Both the position numbers and the translations under genes were made by a program. A stretch of 64,000 nt of DNA from Squalus acanthias. Its lineage: Eukaryota. A model generated the notes under the pieces. It was not told the origin of the DNA, did no database searches, and saw only the letters and a program-made list of their open reading frames with translations. Where the stretch lies: contig CM059432.1 in the NCBI GenBank assembly GCA_030390025.1, positions 72,976,001-73,040,000 on the forward strand. Direction: 5' to 3'. Position 1 is the stretch's first letter. Each line of letters starts with the position of its first letter. Below, piece by piece: positions 22,869-35,800 of this stretch.

Positions 22869-23772
22869 CATAGAATCATAGAATGGTTACAGCATGGAAG
22901 GCGGCCATTCGAGCCCGTGCCAGCTCTTTGCAAGAGCACTTCAGCTAGTCCCACTCCCCGCCCTTTCTCCATAGCCCTGCAAATTCCTTTCCTTCAGATA
23001 CTTATCCAACTCCCTTTTGAAAGCCGTGATTGAATCTGCCTCTACCACCCTTTCAGGCAGTGCATTCCAGATCCTAACCACTCGCTGCGTAAAAAAGTTT
23101 TTTTCTTACGTCGCCTTTGGTTCTTTTGCCAATCACCGTAAATTTGTGTCCTCTGGTTCTCAACCTTTCTGCCAATGGGAACAGTTTCCCTCTACTCTGT
23201 CCAGACCCCTCATGATTTTGAACACCTCTATCAAATCTCCTCTCAATCTTCTCTGCTCCAAGGAGAACAACCCCAGCTTCTCCAGTCTATCAACGTAACT
23301 GATTCCCACATTTTTGGAATCATTCTCGTAAATCCTTTCTGCACCCTCTCGAAGGCCTTCACATCCTTCCTAAAGTGTGGTTCCCAGAATTGGACACAGT
23401 ACTCCAGTTAGGGCCGAAGCAGTGTTTTATACAGGTTCATCATAATTTCCACACTTTTGTACTCTATAGCTCTATTTTTGAAGCCCAGGATCCCATAAGC
23501 TTTTTTAACTGCTTTCTCAACCTGCCCTGCCACCTTCAACGATTTGTGCACTCATACCCTCAGGTCTCTCTGTTCGTGCACCCCCTTCAGGATTGTACCA
23601 TTTAGTTTATATTTCCTCTCCTCATTCTTTCTACCAAAATGTATCACTTCACACTTTTCTGCATTAAATTTCATCTGCCACATGTCCGCCCATTTCACCA
23701 GCCTGTCTATGTCTTCCTGAAGTCTATCACTCTCCTCCTCACTGTTCACTATACTTCCAAGTTTTGTGTCAT
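22869..23772 (-). mobile_element. CR1 LINE 3' fragment (ATTCTATG-tail subfamily)
   Basis: DTKLGSIVNSEEESDRLQEDIDRLVKWADMWQMKFNAEKCEVIHFG on minus; tail catagaatcatagaat on plus. Homologous to 26530-27982. Confidence 0.9.
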
Positions 23773-23954
23773 GGGTTTGAGCTCCATTTGCACCAGCTTG
23801 TCTGTCTTCCATTAAAGCATTGGCTTGCAGAGTTCATTGTAGCTGAGTGGGAAGATGGCCTTTATCACTCCCTCCAAAAAAATCTATGACCCCTTTACTT
23901 TCTCCAACTACTGTTCTAAAGAAAGAACTTGAAAATGAATCACTTTCTTTTTTA

Positions 23955-24410
23955 AATGCAGTTACTGTTATTTTGTAGGCAAATTCAGCAACTAATCTGT
24001 GCACAGCAATGTCCCACAAAAAACAAATAAGATAACTGATTGGATAATCTGTTTTGACGCAGGTGGTGTTCGACGAAAGAATGTTGGCATCCTCATCTTC
24101 GAATAGTGCCATGGAATCTTTTATGTCCATTGAACAGGCAGACAGGCAATGTTCCCTTTAAGCTGCGCGACCGCATGTGCGGAATTTTGAATGGCCCGCA
24201 CAGCCCATTAAAGGGGCCGCGTGGGCCAATAAAGATTAGAGGGAACATTGCAGACAGGATGTTGGTTTAACATCTCATCCAAAAGACAGCATTTTTGACA
24301 ATGCAGTGCATCCTCAGTATTGTGTTAATGCATCCGTTGATTATATGTGCAAATGGAGCTCAAACCCATAATCATCTGACTCAGAGATGAGAGTGGTACC
24401 ATTGAGTCAA
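23955..24410 (-). mobile_element. Degenerate Deu-type SINE carrying a hAT MITE
   Basis: Reverse-complement similarity to 39530-39945 (cacagcaa..tcccacaaa, atagtgccatgg, tttaacatctcatccaaaagac). Confidence 0.7.
24147..24250. mobile_element. hAT-type MITE, 104 bp
   Basis: Perfect TIR CAATGTTCCC/GGGAACATTG and perfect 8-bp TSD CAGACAGG (24139-24146, 24251-24258). Confidence 0.9.
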
Positions 24411-24469
24411 TCAAACACTATCTCGAACTCTATTCCATCCCGATCACTAAAACTCTCACCACTGTTTAT

Positions 24470-24615
24470 TTGAGATCTTTTAATCTGGAACATCGTACTG
24501 AGATCACGTTAGTCAAAGACACAAACATCCTGATTGGCTGCAACTGTGGTTTTCCACTTCTTAACCTGCTTGACCTCTCCAATGACTTCAACACCGATGA
24601 TCATTCCATCCTCCG
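24470..24615 (+). mobile_element. Old L2-like RT fragment
   Basis: HRTEITLVKDTNIL...LLNLLDLSNDFNTDDHSIL resembles the HSTETALxKVxND...LLDLSAAFDTVDH RT motif. Confidence 0.6.
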
Positions 24616-24857
24616 CCAACTTGCCTCCTTTGCAGTTCATCTGAAATATAACAACCAAGATAATGCAGCACTCCCTCGGTCCTGTACTAGATTATGGGCT
24701 CAAGTTCTTATGTGGGCTTGAACCCACAACCTACTAACTCGAAGAGTTCTGCCAACTGAGCCAAGCTGAGATCTAAATGGGAGTAAGAAAAAAAATCCTT
24801 CTGGCTCATGCTATTCTTTGGGTCAATTTTTAGTACTCAAATCTTACACTCATTATA

Positions 24858-27800
24858 CTACTAGGTGTATTCTATAGGCCACCAACTAGTGGGAAAGATA
24901 TAGAGGAGCAACTTTGTAGGGAAATTACAGAGAGGTGCAAGAACTATAGAGTAGTGATAATGGGGGACTTCAATTATCCTAATATAGATTGGGATAGTAA
25001 TAGTGTAAAGGGCAGAGAGGGGAAAGAACTTCTGAAGTGTGTTCAGGATAACTTTCTTGATCAGTACGTTTCCGGCCCAACGAGGAAGAAAGCACTGCTG
25101 GATCTGGTTTTGAGGAATGAGGTGGGTCAGGTGGGTCAAGTGGAGCAAGTGTCAGTAGGGGAACATTTAGGGATCAGTGATCATAGGATCATAAGGTTTA
25201 GATTATCTATGGAAAAGGACAGGGAGCAATCTAGAGTAAAAATACTTAATTGGAGGAAGGCAAATTTCAGTGGGTTGAGAACGGATCTGGCCCGGGTAAA
25301 TTGGAATCAAAGATTGGCAGGCAAAACTGTAATCGAACAATGGGCTGCCTTTAAAGAGGAGATTGTTCAGGTACATTCGAGGTACATTCTCACGAGGGGG
25401 AAAGGTAGGGCAACTAAAGCCAGAGCTCCCTGGATGACGAAAGAGATAGAGAGTAAGATGAAGCAGAGAAAGAGCGAGTATAACAGATGTCAGGTTGAGA
25501 ATACAAGTGAGAATCAGGCTGAATATAGAAAGTTCGGAAGCAAAATGAAAAAGAAAATAAGAGGGGCAAAGAGAGAGTATAAGAATAGATTGGCAGCTAA
25601 TGTAAAAGGGAATACAAAAGTCTTCTGCAGGCATATAAATAATAAACGGGTAGTAAAAGGAGGGGTGAGGCCGATTAGGGACCAAAAAGGAGACCTACAC
25701 ATGGAGGCAGAGGACATGGCTGAGGTACTAAATGAGTACTTTGCATCTGTTTTCACCAAGGAAGAAGGTGCTGCCAAAGTCATAGTGAAAGAGGGGGTAG
25801 CGGAGATACTGGATGAGATAAATATTGATAAAGAGGAGGTACTAGAAAAGCTATCTGTACTTAAAGTTGATAAGTCTCCAGGACTGGATGGGATGCATCC
25901 TAGGATGCTGAGGGAAGTTAAGGAGAAAATCGCAGAGGTACTGGTCATAATCTTCCAATCCTCCTTAGATACGGGGGTGGTGTCTGAGGACTGGAGAATT
26001 GCAAATGTTACACCCTTGTTCAAAAAAGGGTGTAAGGATAAACCCAGCAACTACAGGCCAGTCAGTTTAACCTCGGTAGTGGGGAAGCTTTTAGAAACGA
26101 TAATCAGGGACAAAGTTAACAGTCACTTGAACAAGTGTGGATTAATTAAGGAAAGCCAGCACGGATTTGTTAAAGACAAATCGTATTTAACTAACTTGAT
26201 TTCATTTTTTGATGAGGTAACAGAGAGGGTTGATGAGGACAATGCGGTTGACGTGGGTTACATGGAGTTCCAAAAGGCGTTTGATAAAGTGCCACATAAT
26301 AGGCTTGCCAGCAAAGTTGAAGCCCATGGAATAAAAGGGACAATGGCAGCATGGATATGAAATTGGCTAAGTGATGGGAAACAGAGAGTAGTGGTGAACG
26401 ATTGTTTTTCGGACTGGAGGAAGGTATACAGTGGTGTTCCCCAGGGGTCAGTACTAGGACCACTGCTTTTCTTGACATGTATTAATGACTTGGACTTGGG
26501 TGTACAGGGCACAATTTCAAAATTTGCAGATGACACAAAACTTGGAAGTATCATGAACAGTAAGGAGGATAGTGATAGACTTCAAGAAGATATAGACAGG
26601 CTGGTGAAATGGGCGGACACGTGGCAGATGAAATTTAATGCAGAAAAGTGCAAAGTGATACATTTTGGTAGGAAGAATGAGGAGAGGCAATATAAATTAA
26701 AGGGTACAATCATAAAGTGGGTGCATGAACAGAGAGACCTGGGGGTATTTGTGCACAAATTGATGAAGGTGGCAGGGCAGGCTGAGAAAGCGGTTAAAAA
26801 AGCATACAGGATCCTGGGCTTCATAAACAGAGGCATGGGGCTGGATTTTCATTGACCCGTGGAGGCGGGTTTGGAGGCGTGTGGGGGGTTAAAATTGCAA
26901 AAACTGGCGGACGGGCACAAGTCCACCTCCATCCCGCCTCCACGCAATTTTCATGAAATCGTGTCTACTGGTCCCGACTTTAAGAGACGGGATAGGCTGT
27001 TAAGGCCCTTAACAAGCACTAAATTGGCTCTATAATGCAATTTTGAAAGGCCTTTGTGATCTCTCTCTCTCTCTCTCTCTCTCTGTAAAAATATCTGGGA
27101 GCAGACTTAGAGCTGCTGCTCATTTTGCATCCAGGTCCTCTCACAGCAAAGGCCAGGCAGTCTCTGAAGACCTTCAATGCAGCAGCAATGATGACATCAT
27201 CAGAGGCGACTTTCAGACTGAAAACACTAATTGGTTCATGGGTTCCCACATGCTGGAACTCAATTGCCCAATTAGGTGAAAATTGCATCAATTTCCCACA
27301 TCCAATTGTTGTCGGGTGGATAACACGAAAAGCGGATGACACGACCTCAACCCGCCCCAGTATCAAAATCCAGCCCATAGAGTACAAAAGCAAGGAAGTT
27401 ATGATGAACATTTATAAAACACTGGTTCGGCCTCAACTGAAGTAGTGTGTTCAATTCTGGGCACCGCACTTTAGGAAGGATGTGAAGACCTTAGATAGGG
27501 TGCAGAAAAGATTTACGAGAATGGTTCCAGGGATGAGGGACTTCAGTTACGTAGATAGACTAGAGAAGCTGGGGCTGTTCTCCTTAGAGTAGAGAAGGTT
27601 GAGAGGAGATTTGATAGAGGTGTTCAAAATCATGATGGGTCTAGACAGAGTAGATATAGAGAAACTGTTCCCATTGGCTGAAGGGTTGAGAACCAGAGGA
27701 CACAGATTATAAGATGATTGGCAGAAGAACCAAAGGCGACATGAGGGAAAACTTTTTTATTCAGCGAGTGGTTAGGATCTGGAATGTACTGCCTGAAAGG

Positions 27801-27982
27801 GTGGTGGAGGCAGACTCAATCATGGCTTTCAAAAGGGAATTGGATAAGAAGAAAAAAAATTTGCAGGGCTACGGGGAAAGGGCGGGGGAGTGGGACTAGC
27901 TGAATTACTCTTGCAGAGAGCTGGCATGGGCTCGAAGGGCCGAATGGCCTCCTTCTGTGCTGTAACCATTCTATGATTCTAT
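24858..27982 (+). mobile_element. CR1 LINE (ATTCTATG-tail subfamily), 5'-truncated, interrupted by a MITE
   Basis: ORFs 24954-26360 and 26391-26855 carry EN and RT motifs; RT C-terminus resumes at 27377. Confidence 0.93.
26838..27376. mobile_element. Harbinger-type MITE (family A, copy 2, inverted relative to copy 1)
   Basis: Perfect 12-bp TIR GGGCTGGATTTT/AAAATCCAGCCC; ATG/ATA flanks; splits the CR1 sequence at RGI-EYKS. Confidence 0.88.
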
Positions 27983-28384
27983 CTTCAACTTCCTACTGTC
28001 ATCTCTGTTGATTTATTTTAGGCACAGTACCATCCTTCATAGTTTTCTTGGATGACGTTAAAATGTTGACTTAAGTTCAACAGTCACGTTTACTGTTTAA
28101 GATTAGTGGGGGAGAAGATTCCAGCTTTTTATCTTGCTGGGACAAGGACATGTCTCCAGGAGGGTTAGGCCAAATTATCAACAGTTCCAATGGCTAACAA
28201 ATTTGTATCAAGACCATCCTGGTCATGCACTTCCTAATCTTAACAATAACTGTACAACAAAATAAGCAATAAAAATGGAAAACAAATCTTCCCAGTGTAG
28301 AACCGACTGACCATCTAGTACCTGGGCGTTGGGTTTTCTGGTGTCACAGCGAAACAGTAATCATAAGCTTTTGTTGGAGAAAAT

Positions 28385-29379
28385 GGCCTAGAAATTTGGT
28401 AGTGTCCACTCTTGGGTGCCTTACCCGTAGAGTGCTAACAGCCCGTGCTCAAATGTGGAGGTTGGAGGAACATCGGCTTTTGGTAATTGAGTTACATAGC
28501 GTGGGTCTAGAGGAGGAATGGGTGTGCCTCAGAGTCAGTGATCGGAGGGCTGGCGGGGGTCGGGTAAGAAGATTGGCGGGGGGCCTGCAGTAGTGTTGGG
28601 GGGAGGGTCGGCATTGCTGTCGGGGGATGATTGGAGGGCTGTCGGGGGTCGGCTCTGAAGATGGCAGGGTGCCTGTAGCATTGTTGGGGGGCTGGTAGTG
28701 ATGTCAGGGAGGGCTAGGAGGTCGGGCTGGGGTTGGAGGAAGATGGGGGGTGCCTGCAGTATTGTTGGGGGGAGGGTCAGCATTGCTGTCAGGGGAGGTG
28801 ATCGGAGAGCTGTTGGCGGTCGGGTATGAAGATGGCAGGAGGCCTGCAGTATTGTTGGGGGGGATATTAGTGATGTCGGGGAGGGCTAGGAAGGAGGGCT
28901 GGGGTTGGAGGAAGATGGAGGCGGCTGCAGTATTGTTGGGGGGGACATTAGTGATGTTGGGGAAGGCTAGGAGGTCGAGGCCGGGGTCAGGAGGGAGATC
29001 GGGTGGGCCTGGAGGTCGGAGTCGGGAGTGAGGTCGGAGATCTTGGGCCTGGGAGCAGCGGTGACAGTGGTAAGTAGTTAGCTTTTTTTAATTCCGTGCT
29101 GTTTAGCATTGGTTTTCCTGGGGGTAAACAACACTGGCTGCCTCAGATGCAAATCAAATTTGCAAGAGGGAGCAGAAGCAGACGTTAGGCCATTAACATA
29201 TTCAAATAAGGAGTCTAACGTCTGCTTCAGATGTGGGTAAACAAAGCCTCTTGTTTGGCCCTTTCCAAAGTGGTGTCTGGCGTGGCCTGCGCCGGGAGGG
29301 TGCGGAAGCTAGGCAGCCGCCATTTTTTTTTCCAAAACCGGCCTTAACTGCCGGCGCTAATGAGGGGAATTTCGCGGCC
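28385..29379. mobile_element. Harbinger-type MITE with internal G-rich tandem repeats
   Basis: Ends GGCCTAGAAATT...AATTTCGCGGCC; repeated GCCTGCAGTATTGTTGGGGGG units at 28583-28980. Confidence 0.65.
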
Positions 29380-29584
29380 AGTAAGTCTATTTGTGAATTC
29401 TTTTTCATTACTCAGAAATTCTTACAGTAATTTCATTGTGCAGTATCCTCTTGTGAGGTGCTCTCTCCCAAGCAAGTTTGCAATCTGACTTTCTGCTTCA
29501 TTTGGATACTGGACAATCCATGAGGTCCTGCATCTCCAGAACAATATCCTATTTAGCACTTCTTTGGGATTTACCCACAGTGCT

Positions 29585-30758
29585 TTTCAGAAGGCCTTCG
29601 ATAAGAGGTTATTAAACAAAATTAGGGCACATGGAATTGGGGGTAATATACTAGCATGGATTGAGAATTGGTTAACAGACAGAAAACAAAGAGTAAGGAT
29701 AAACGGGTCTTTTTCAGGATAGCAGGCTGTGACTAGTGGGGTACCACAAGGATTGGTGCTTGGGGCCCAGCTATTCACAATCTATACCAATGACTTGGAC
29801 GAGGGGACTAAATGTAACATTTCTAAATTTGCTGATGATACAAAGCTAGGCGGCAGTGTCAGTTGTGAAGAGGATGTGAAGAGGCTTCAAGGGGATCTCG
29901 ACAGGCTCAGTGAGTGGACGAGAACATGGCAGATGGAATATAATGTGGATAAATGTGAAGTTATCCACTTTGGTAGAAAAAACAGAAAGGCAGAGTATTT
30001 CCTAAATGGTGAAAGATTGGGGAATGCAGATGCTCAAAGGGACCTGGGTGTCCTTGTACATGAGTCACTGAAAGTGAATGTGCAGGTGCAGCAAGCCATT
30101 AGGAAGGCAAATGGTATGCTGGCCTTCATTACAAGAGGATTTGAGTACAGGAGTAAAGAAGTCTTACTCCAATTATATAGGGCCTGGGTGAGACCACACC
30201 TGGAGTACTGTGTACAATTTTGGTCTCCTTACCTAAGGAAAGATATACTTGCCATAGAGGGAGTGCAACGAAGGTTCACGAGATTGATTCCTGGGATGGC
30301 GGGACTGTCGTATGAGAAGAGATTGAGTAAACTAGGCATGTATTCTCTTGAATTCAGAAGAATGAGAGGGGATCTCATTGAAGCATGCAAAATTATTACA
30401 GAGCTTGATAGGGTGGATGCTGGGAGAATGTTTCCCTTGGCTGGGGAGTCTAGAACCAGGGGCCACAGCCTCAGGATAAAGGGTAGGCCATTCAGGACTG
30501 AGATGAGAAGAAATTTCTTCACACAGAGGGTAGTGAATCTTTGGAATTCTCTAACCCAGAGGGCTGTGAAGGCTCAGTCATTGGGTATATTCAAAACAGA
30601 AGTCGATATATTTCTGACTAGTAAGGGCATCAAGGGATATGGCGATAGGGCCGGTGAATGGAGTTGAGGCAGAAGATCAGCCATGATCTCATTGAATGGC
30701 GGAGCAGGCTCGAAGGGCCGAATGGCCTACTCCTGCTCCTATTTCTTATGTTCTTATG
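29585..30758 (+). mobile_element. CR1 LINE 3' fragment
   Basis: ORF 29729-30667 encodes the RT C-terminal half (KFADD); 3'UTR and TTCTTATG tail follow. Confidence 0.93.
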
Positions 30759-31850
30759 CTTCTGCCTATCATTACTAAAACTGACTGCTCATAATGCTAA
30801 AGTTAGAAGAATTTAAGTGCCTAACGTACTGCTTGCCACTCCAAGCTATTAATGTATCAAGTTATGTAATTATGTAACAAAATGCCGTTGGTCCATTTGT
30901 AAATCTAGTGTGCACTACAACAAAAAAGAAAGTTGCCAATTGAGTTGTAATAAAATATTCACTGTTATGAGATCCCTGGTCTCCCACAATTGACTGGTTC
31001 TGCTGGTTCACTAATGTTTACCTGTGAATACTTTGAGTTGCAAGAGTTTCACAAACAGTTTGGCATCAGGAACAGTGAAGGGATATTTAAAATGCAGCTA
31101 GATGTTCTAATGGATTCGTCAAGTTATTAGGGAGATGGGTTTCTATGGGCCAAATGGACTTTTCCAATCCTTGCCTTTTCTTATGTTCTTTTAAGTGTTA
31201 TGTTTCTGAAATTGGGTCTTATTCTAACTGCTGTTTGATCTTGAAGATTGAAGTTGGTCTTTGAGGTTCCGGAATCTTTATTACTTTATCTGGATTCTGA
31301 TGAATGAACATGATTTCTCAGGAAAGTTACAGCTGATTAATAAAGCCCAATTAAGAAAAATGCCACATAGTCCCACAATTCCATTAGTGTCTAACTAATT
31401 ATGGAGAAGAACAAAACAAAACAAAAAGCCCTTTTTCATTACGAGCAAAATTTCAGGACATAGTTTCAAAACAATTATTAACAATCAAATGATTGTTCCC
31501 CACTGTCTGGGAGTTAATGGGCAGTCAAATAAGGGAATTATCCAAATGACAGGTTAGGCACTGGTGTCACTGCTATTCTAGGATATCCATACTTGCAGTC
31601 AAACTACTCTCACATGTTGGACTTTGTAATGTTATCCCATTTGGTGTTGTCTTCATGATGTCCTTTGTGCTCCATTGAGTCCAAGTTATATTCTTTATCT
31701 AGGACCACAAGATTGCTAGAATCTTGTTGAGGTGCTCTACTGATAATTGCTCATTTGAGCTCACTGACTAGAGAGCTATTTGTACAAGTTCTCAGGAACG
31801 TGACACTTTTTTGTCAACTCTGGACATCAGAGTAAGTTTTCAGGAGTTTA

Positions 31851-32437
31851 GGGGTAAAAATTCGGTTGCTTTGCGCCTCCCGTTAGCGCCCTAAGAGGGC
31901 AAAACAACTAACGCCTGGGCGCGGCCCACGCCTCTCGCGAAATTCAACAGGTGGTTAGCGGCGGTGCTAACCGGTAGCGCCCTGCGGCGCTGCGGGCGAT
32001 GACATCATCGCCGTGCGCAGTGCCCCGCTCGCGCCCCGGCCGCGATCTTCGGGAGCGCCCCCTGACTTACCGCCGGACGCTATGTCCGACAGGGTCAGGG
32101 GGGGCCTACCTGCGGCCGGGGAGGCGCTATTTAAAGGCGAGGTGCGGGGCAACCATCTTTGTTGCTAGCTGCCTGCCAGCACCTGCCTCCGCTCCCGTCC
32201 CTGGCCTCCTGAACGGCCCCCCCCGCGGAGTGCCGGCTGTGCTCCAAGAGCCCGGCACTTCTCTTGAGTGCCGTGCTCTTTTGCCGGCACTCCCGATCCC
32301 TGGAAGCGCCCCAAGAGGGATGCGGGGCGCTTCCAGTAGCGCCTGCTTCCCTCTTGGGGCACTACCTTTCTGGCGTGGAGGTGCTAATTTTTCCGGGGCG
32401 CTAACCGGCGAAGTTAGTGCCCCACAACTTTTAGCCC
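31851..32437. mobile_element. CpG-rich Harbinger-type MITE
   Basis: TIR GGGGTAAAAATT / AACTTTTAGCCC, TTA TSD at 31848-31850 and 32438-32440; sharp GC island in an AT-rich intron. Confidence 0.85.
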
Positions 32438-32743
32438 TTAATCTTTAATTTCTGGAGAGTCCAGGACAATCCTGGAAAGTTGATAATTCTAACATTTCTT
32501 TCATTGCATTACAAATATATTAAGATATAACAATATTTACTCAACTGTTTCAGAAAATATTGAATATTTAGCTGTAAGTATAATATTTCAAAATAGAAAA
32601 GTTCAAAATATAGCTATTCCTATATTTTACTTATTTTCAAATGCAACCAACAAAAAAATCTAAGCATGTAATAATAGCCCTTTGACCCCATCTAAAGTTT
32701 GAAGCTGTGTTTCTGGCTTTATGTGCAACTACTGACCACTAAC

Positions 32744-32889
32744 CCATTACTGCAGTAGTCATTCCAGTCAACACTCTGTGGTGGGGGATTTCGGCAAACT
32801 GAACGAACACAGTCCATTGTTGGAGTAGCAACAGGTGCAGCTGTAGATGTTGAGTTGATTATGTTCTGAAACTCAGATTGTAAGAACCC
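32744..32889 (-). CDS. TOX: TOX coding exon (exon 8 equivalent)
   Basis: GFLQSEFQNIINSTSTAAPVATPTMDCVRSVCRNPPPQSVDWNDYCSN(G). cttcag acceptor, gttagt donor, 146 bp, ends in phase 2. Confidence 0.95.
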
Positions 32890-35800
32890 CTGAAGCAGAA
32901 AATAACAAGGATTTTCAGGGTTGTCAATCATGAAACAATGAAAAAAATAAAATGAAAAGTGAATTCACTGAGATTTTTTTGTTCTGTAGCTTCCTGTTGA
33001 CAAATAATCATTCTGATTGGGGTGGGGGAGGTGGAAGAGAAACAAAAAGATCAATTTTACGTTTTAACTAACAATGTATTTACAATACCAGGAGAATACA
33101 TGGATCATTGAATGAATGTTGATCTTTGAAGCTTCAAATACTTGCTATTTTCACCCTGTAATTACTTTTTAAGCACCTTTAATGTCAGATGTTATCCTAA
33201 CAAAAACATATTGGTTTATTATATTTGCTATTCTGCACCATTCCCTTGTCCCTAGCTACTGAGAAAATAAGTAATTCATTTACTTTAGTCAAGGTAAACA
33301 TTTAAAAATTCCAATTTAGTACTGAAAGCAAGAAAATATAATTTAAGAGATGATTGTTATCAATACAACAGTTGCAAAGAATAAACCAACTAGCAGCTTA
33401 CATTATTCATAGTCAATATTTTTCTGTTTGTTAAATTGTGGCCTTTGAGAATCCACACAATGACTACATCACATAGGTAGTTTGCTTATTACCCATCATG
33501 GATCTCAGATAAATATACAATGCACAACACAAAAGTTTACTGGTACTGTTTTAAGAATAAAAATGTAATGCTAGAAAATGGGTGCCTCCCTGATTTCATA
33601 CCATATCCTGGGATCAGCGGCATTTATGTATTCCAGGTAGGAGCCTAGGTATTTAAGGTGCCAATGGGCCACCTGCCTCAGGTTGAGGTGGGCAGCAGGG
33701 AGGGTGGCGTTTGGTGGGGGGAGAGGAAGGATTTGACTGCAGCACCTTGCTGCAGTACAAGTGGGATCTGCAGCCTGAACCCAACAGGTTCAAAAATATA
33801 CTTAAGTCTTGCCACTTTCCAATTAGGCCAGTTTCCCAAAAGTGATTGATTGCTTTGCCCCCACTTCAATTACAATTTCTGATGGATAGTGACCCAGCAT
33901 AACCAGGTTCTGATCCAAATTTCACCCCTGCCTATCTGGATAACATCACTTTTCAACCCCTAGGCGTCTGCAAATTTGGGGCTAATGCTTTGATTTTTTA
34001 ATCCTCTTACTGTTCACTTCCTCACGCTACTTTTCTTTCTGTCAAAATGATTGCTGCTTTGTGATTAATTTGGTCAGGTGTAAAGGAAGGTGGATGAGTT
34101 GATGTATTCCCAATGATGTGCCCAAATAAATACTAATGAAACTTATCAGAATTATTCTGGTAAGCAGGTCTTCTCTGAAGTATTTAGGTAACAGGTTGGG
34201 GCAATGCAATTAATCTATTCCAATGTGTCCTAAATCTTTAATGTCATCATTGTATTGCACTTGCCAATGTAATACTGGCAGCATCTGTGAAGTGGTGTGA
34301 AGGGAGAGTGTATCATCATATAGCCTCACTGTAATGGAGTGGGGCAGAATTATGCCTAAGCATGCTCAAATAAATGCAGAGTGTGCAATTAAGTGACATA
34401 ATTCTGCCACTACCAGACTGCCTTTTCCTCTAAAGAAAAGCCCGTCCGCTGACTAAGATGGAAACAATTAAACAAATAAAGATGTTATAGTGCAGCAACT
34501 CCGTGCAGCATGCATATGCCACAAATTGATAAAATGCTGGTACACGTAGATGAATTCATATATGAGTTCCTGGTTTCAGCAGGCACCAGATACTTCCCAA
34601 CAGGGAGCAAAATAGGGCAAGTCAGAGTATGAGCCATTTTGAGCTGCCTTCTCAGACTTTCTGGTGCTGGGTAGAGTAGATAGGCAGAGGCCTGGGTGCA
34701 GGTTGCTTGCTTCCCAGTATAACACAAATGGTGTGTTAGGTAGGGGATCTAAAGGAGGGGGAAAAAATCCTGCAAATAAAAATAGCTGTTAATCACTGTA
34801 ATGCGTAAAATCAATAGTTCTTGTTAAGTTAATAAAAATCAAAATAGAACATTTGTATTGGGAGTTTATGATATAGGAACAGTTATGCATCTGTTCCGTA
34901 AAGCACAAATAGGTCAATAAACAACTTGAGTTGAATCAAGTTTAAGAGGGAAGAAAGGATGAGGTGGAGTTCTTATTGTTTTTCCTGGCTGTCATTACTA
35001 TTTTAATCTTGATAAATATAAATGCAATGGTAGTTAATCGCTGGAACATACATTTGGATCTGGCTGAAAGAGCAGGCAGCAGGTGGCTGGGTATTTTATT
35101 TAACTCTATTCATGTATTGTTCTCCAAACTACTCTCCTTCATTCACTCACAAAGGCACCATCTGCTTCGCTTTTATCTTCATGTGTCTCAACTAACCAAA
35201 ATTCAGCCTAACACAGCTTTTGTTAGAAGTTCTCAGAAAAGAAATACCCAAAAAAAGGCCAAAAATAACAATTCCAGAGAAAGCAGAACAGCATTGAACA
35301 TAAAAAAAAGACATTCATCACTTTACACAGAAACACTGGGTATTTGGGGAAAACAACAATAAATCTTATACATTTAAAAACAAAACATTACATTTGCTAG
35401 TGTAAAATTTGTTTTTAACCAAATGCACCTACGGGAAGTCACAGAACCCTTAAGGCTACTTATGCACAGTAATGAGATGCCCTAATGTCATTTTTAAAAC
35501 TATTTTGAAGTTAATTTACATTAATAAACCCATAACATATTTTTTATATTTTTCAGTTTTTGTCTTGAACCCTCAAAAGATTAAAATTATGTATTTGAAT
35601 TTGGTCACATTTCCCCTTATCCTAGGATAAGATTGCAAATTAAATTGATGTAGTTTGTGCTCAAAAACTCTCTTCAGACTAAAAGAGCTGAAGTAGAATA
35701 CTGTGCCAAGTAAACAGCAATGACTGTTCTCTATCAGTCATTCATGAAGTCTGATGAAAGATAAATTGAGCTTAAAAATTAATGCAAAGAAGTCTAATTA

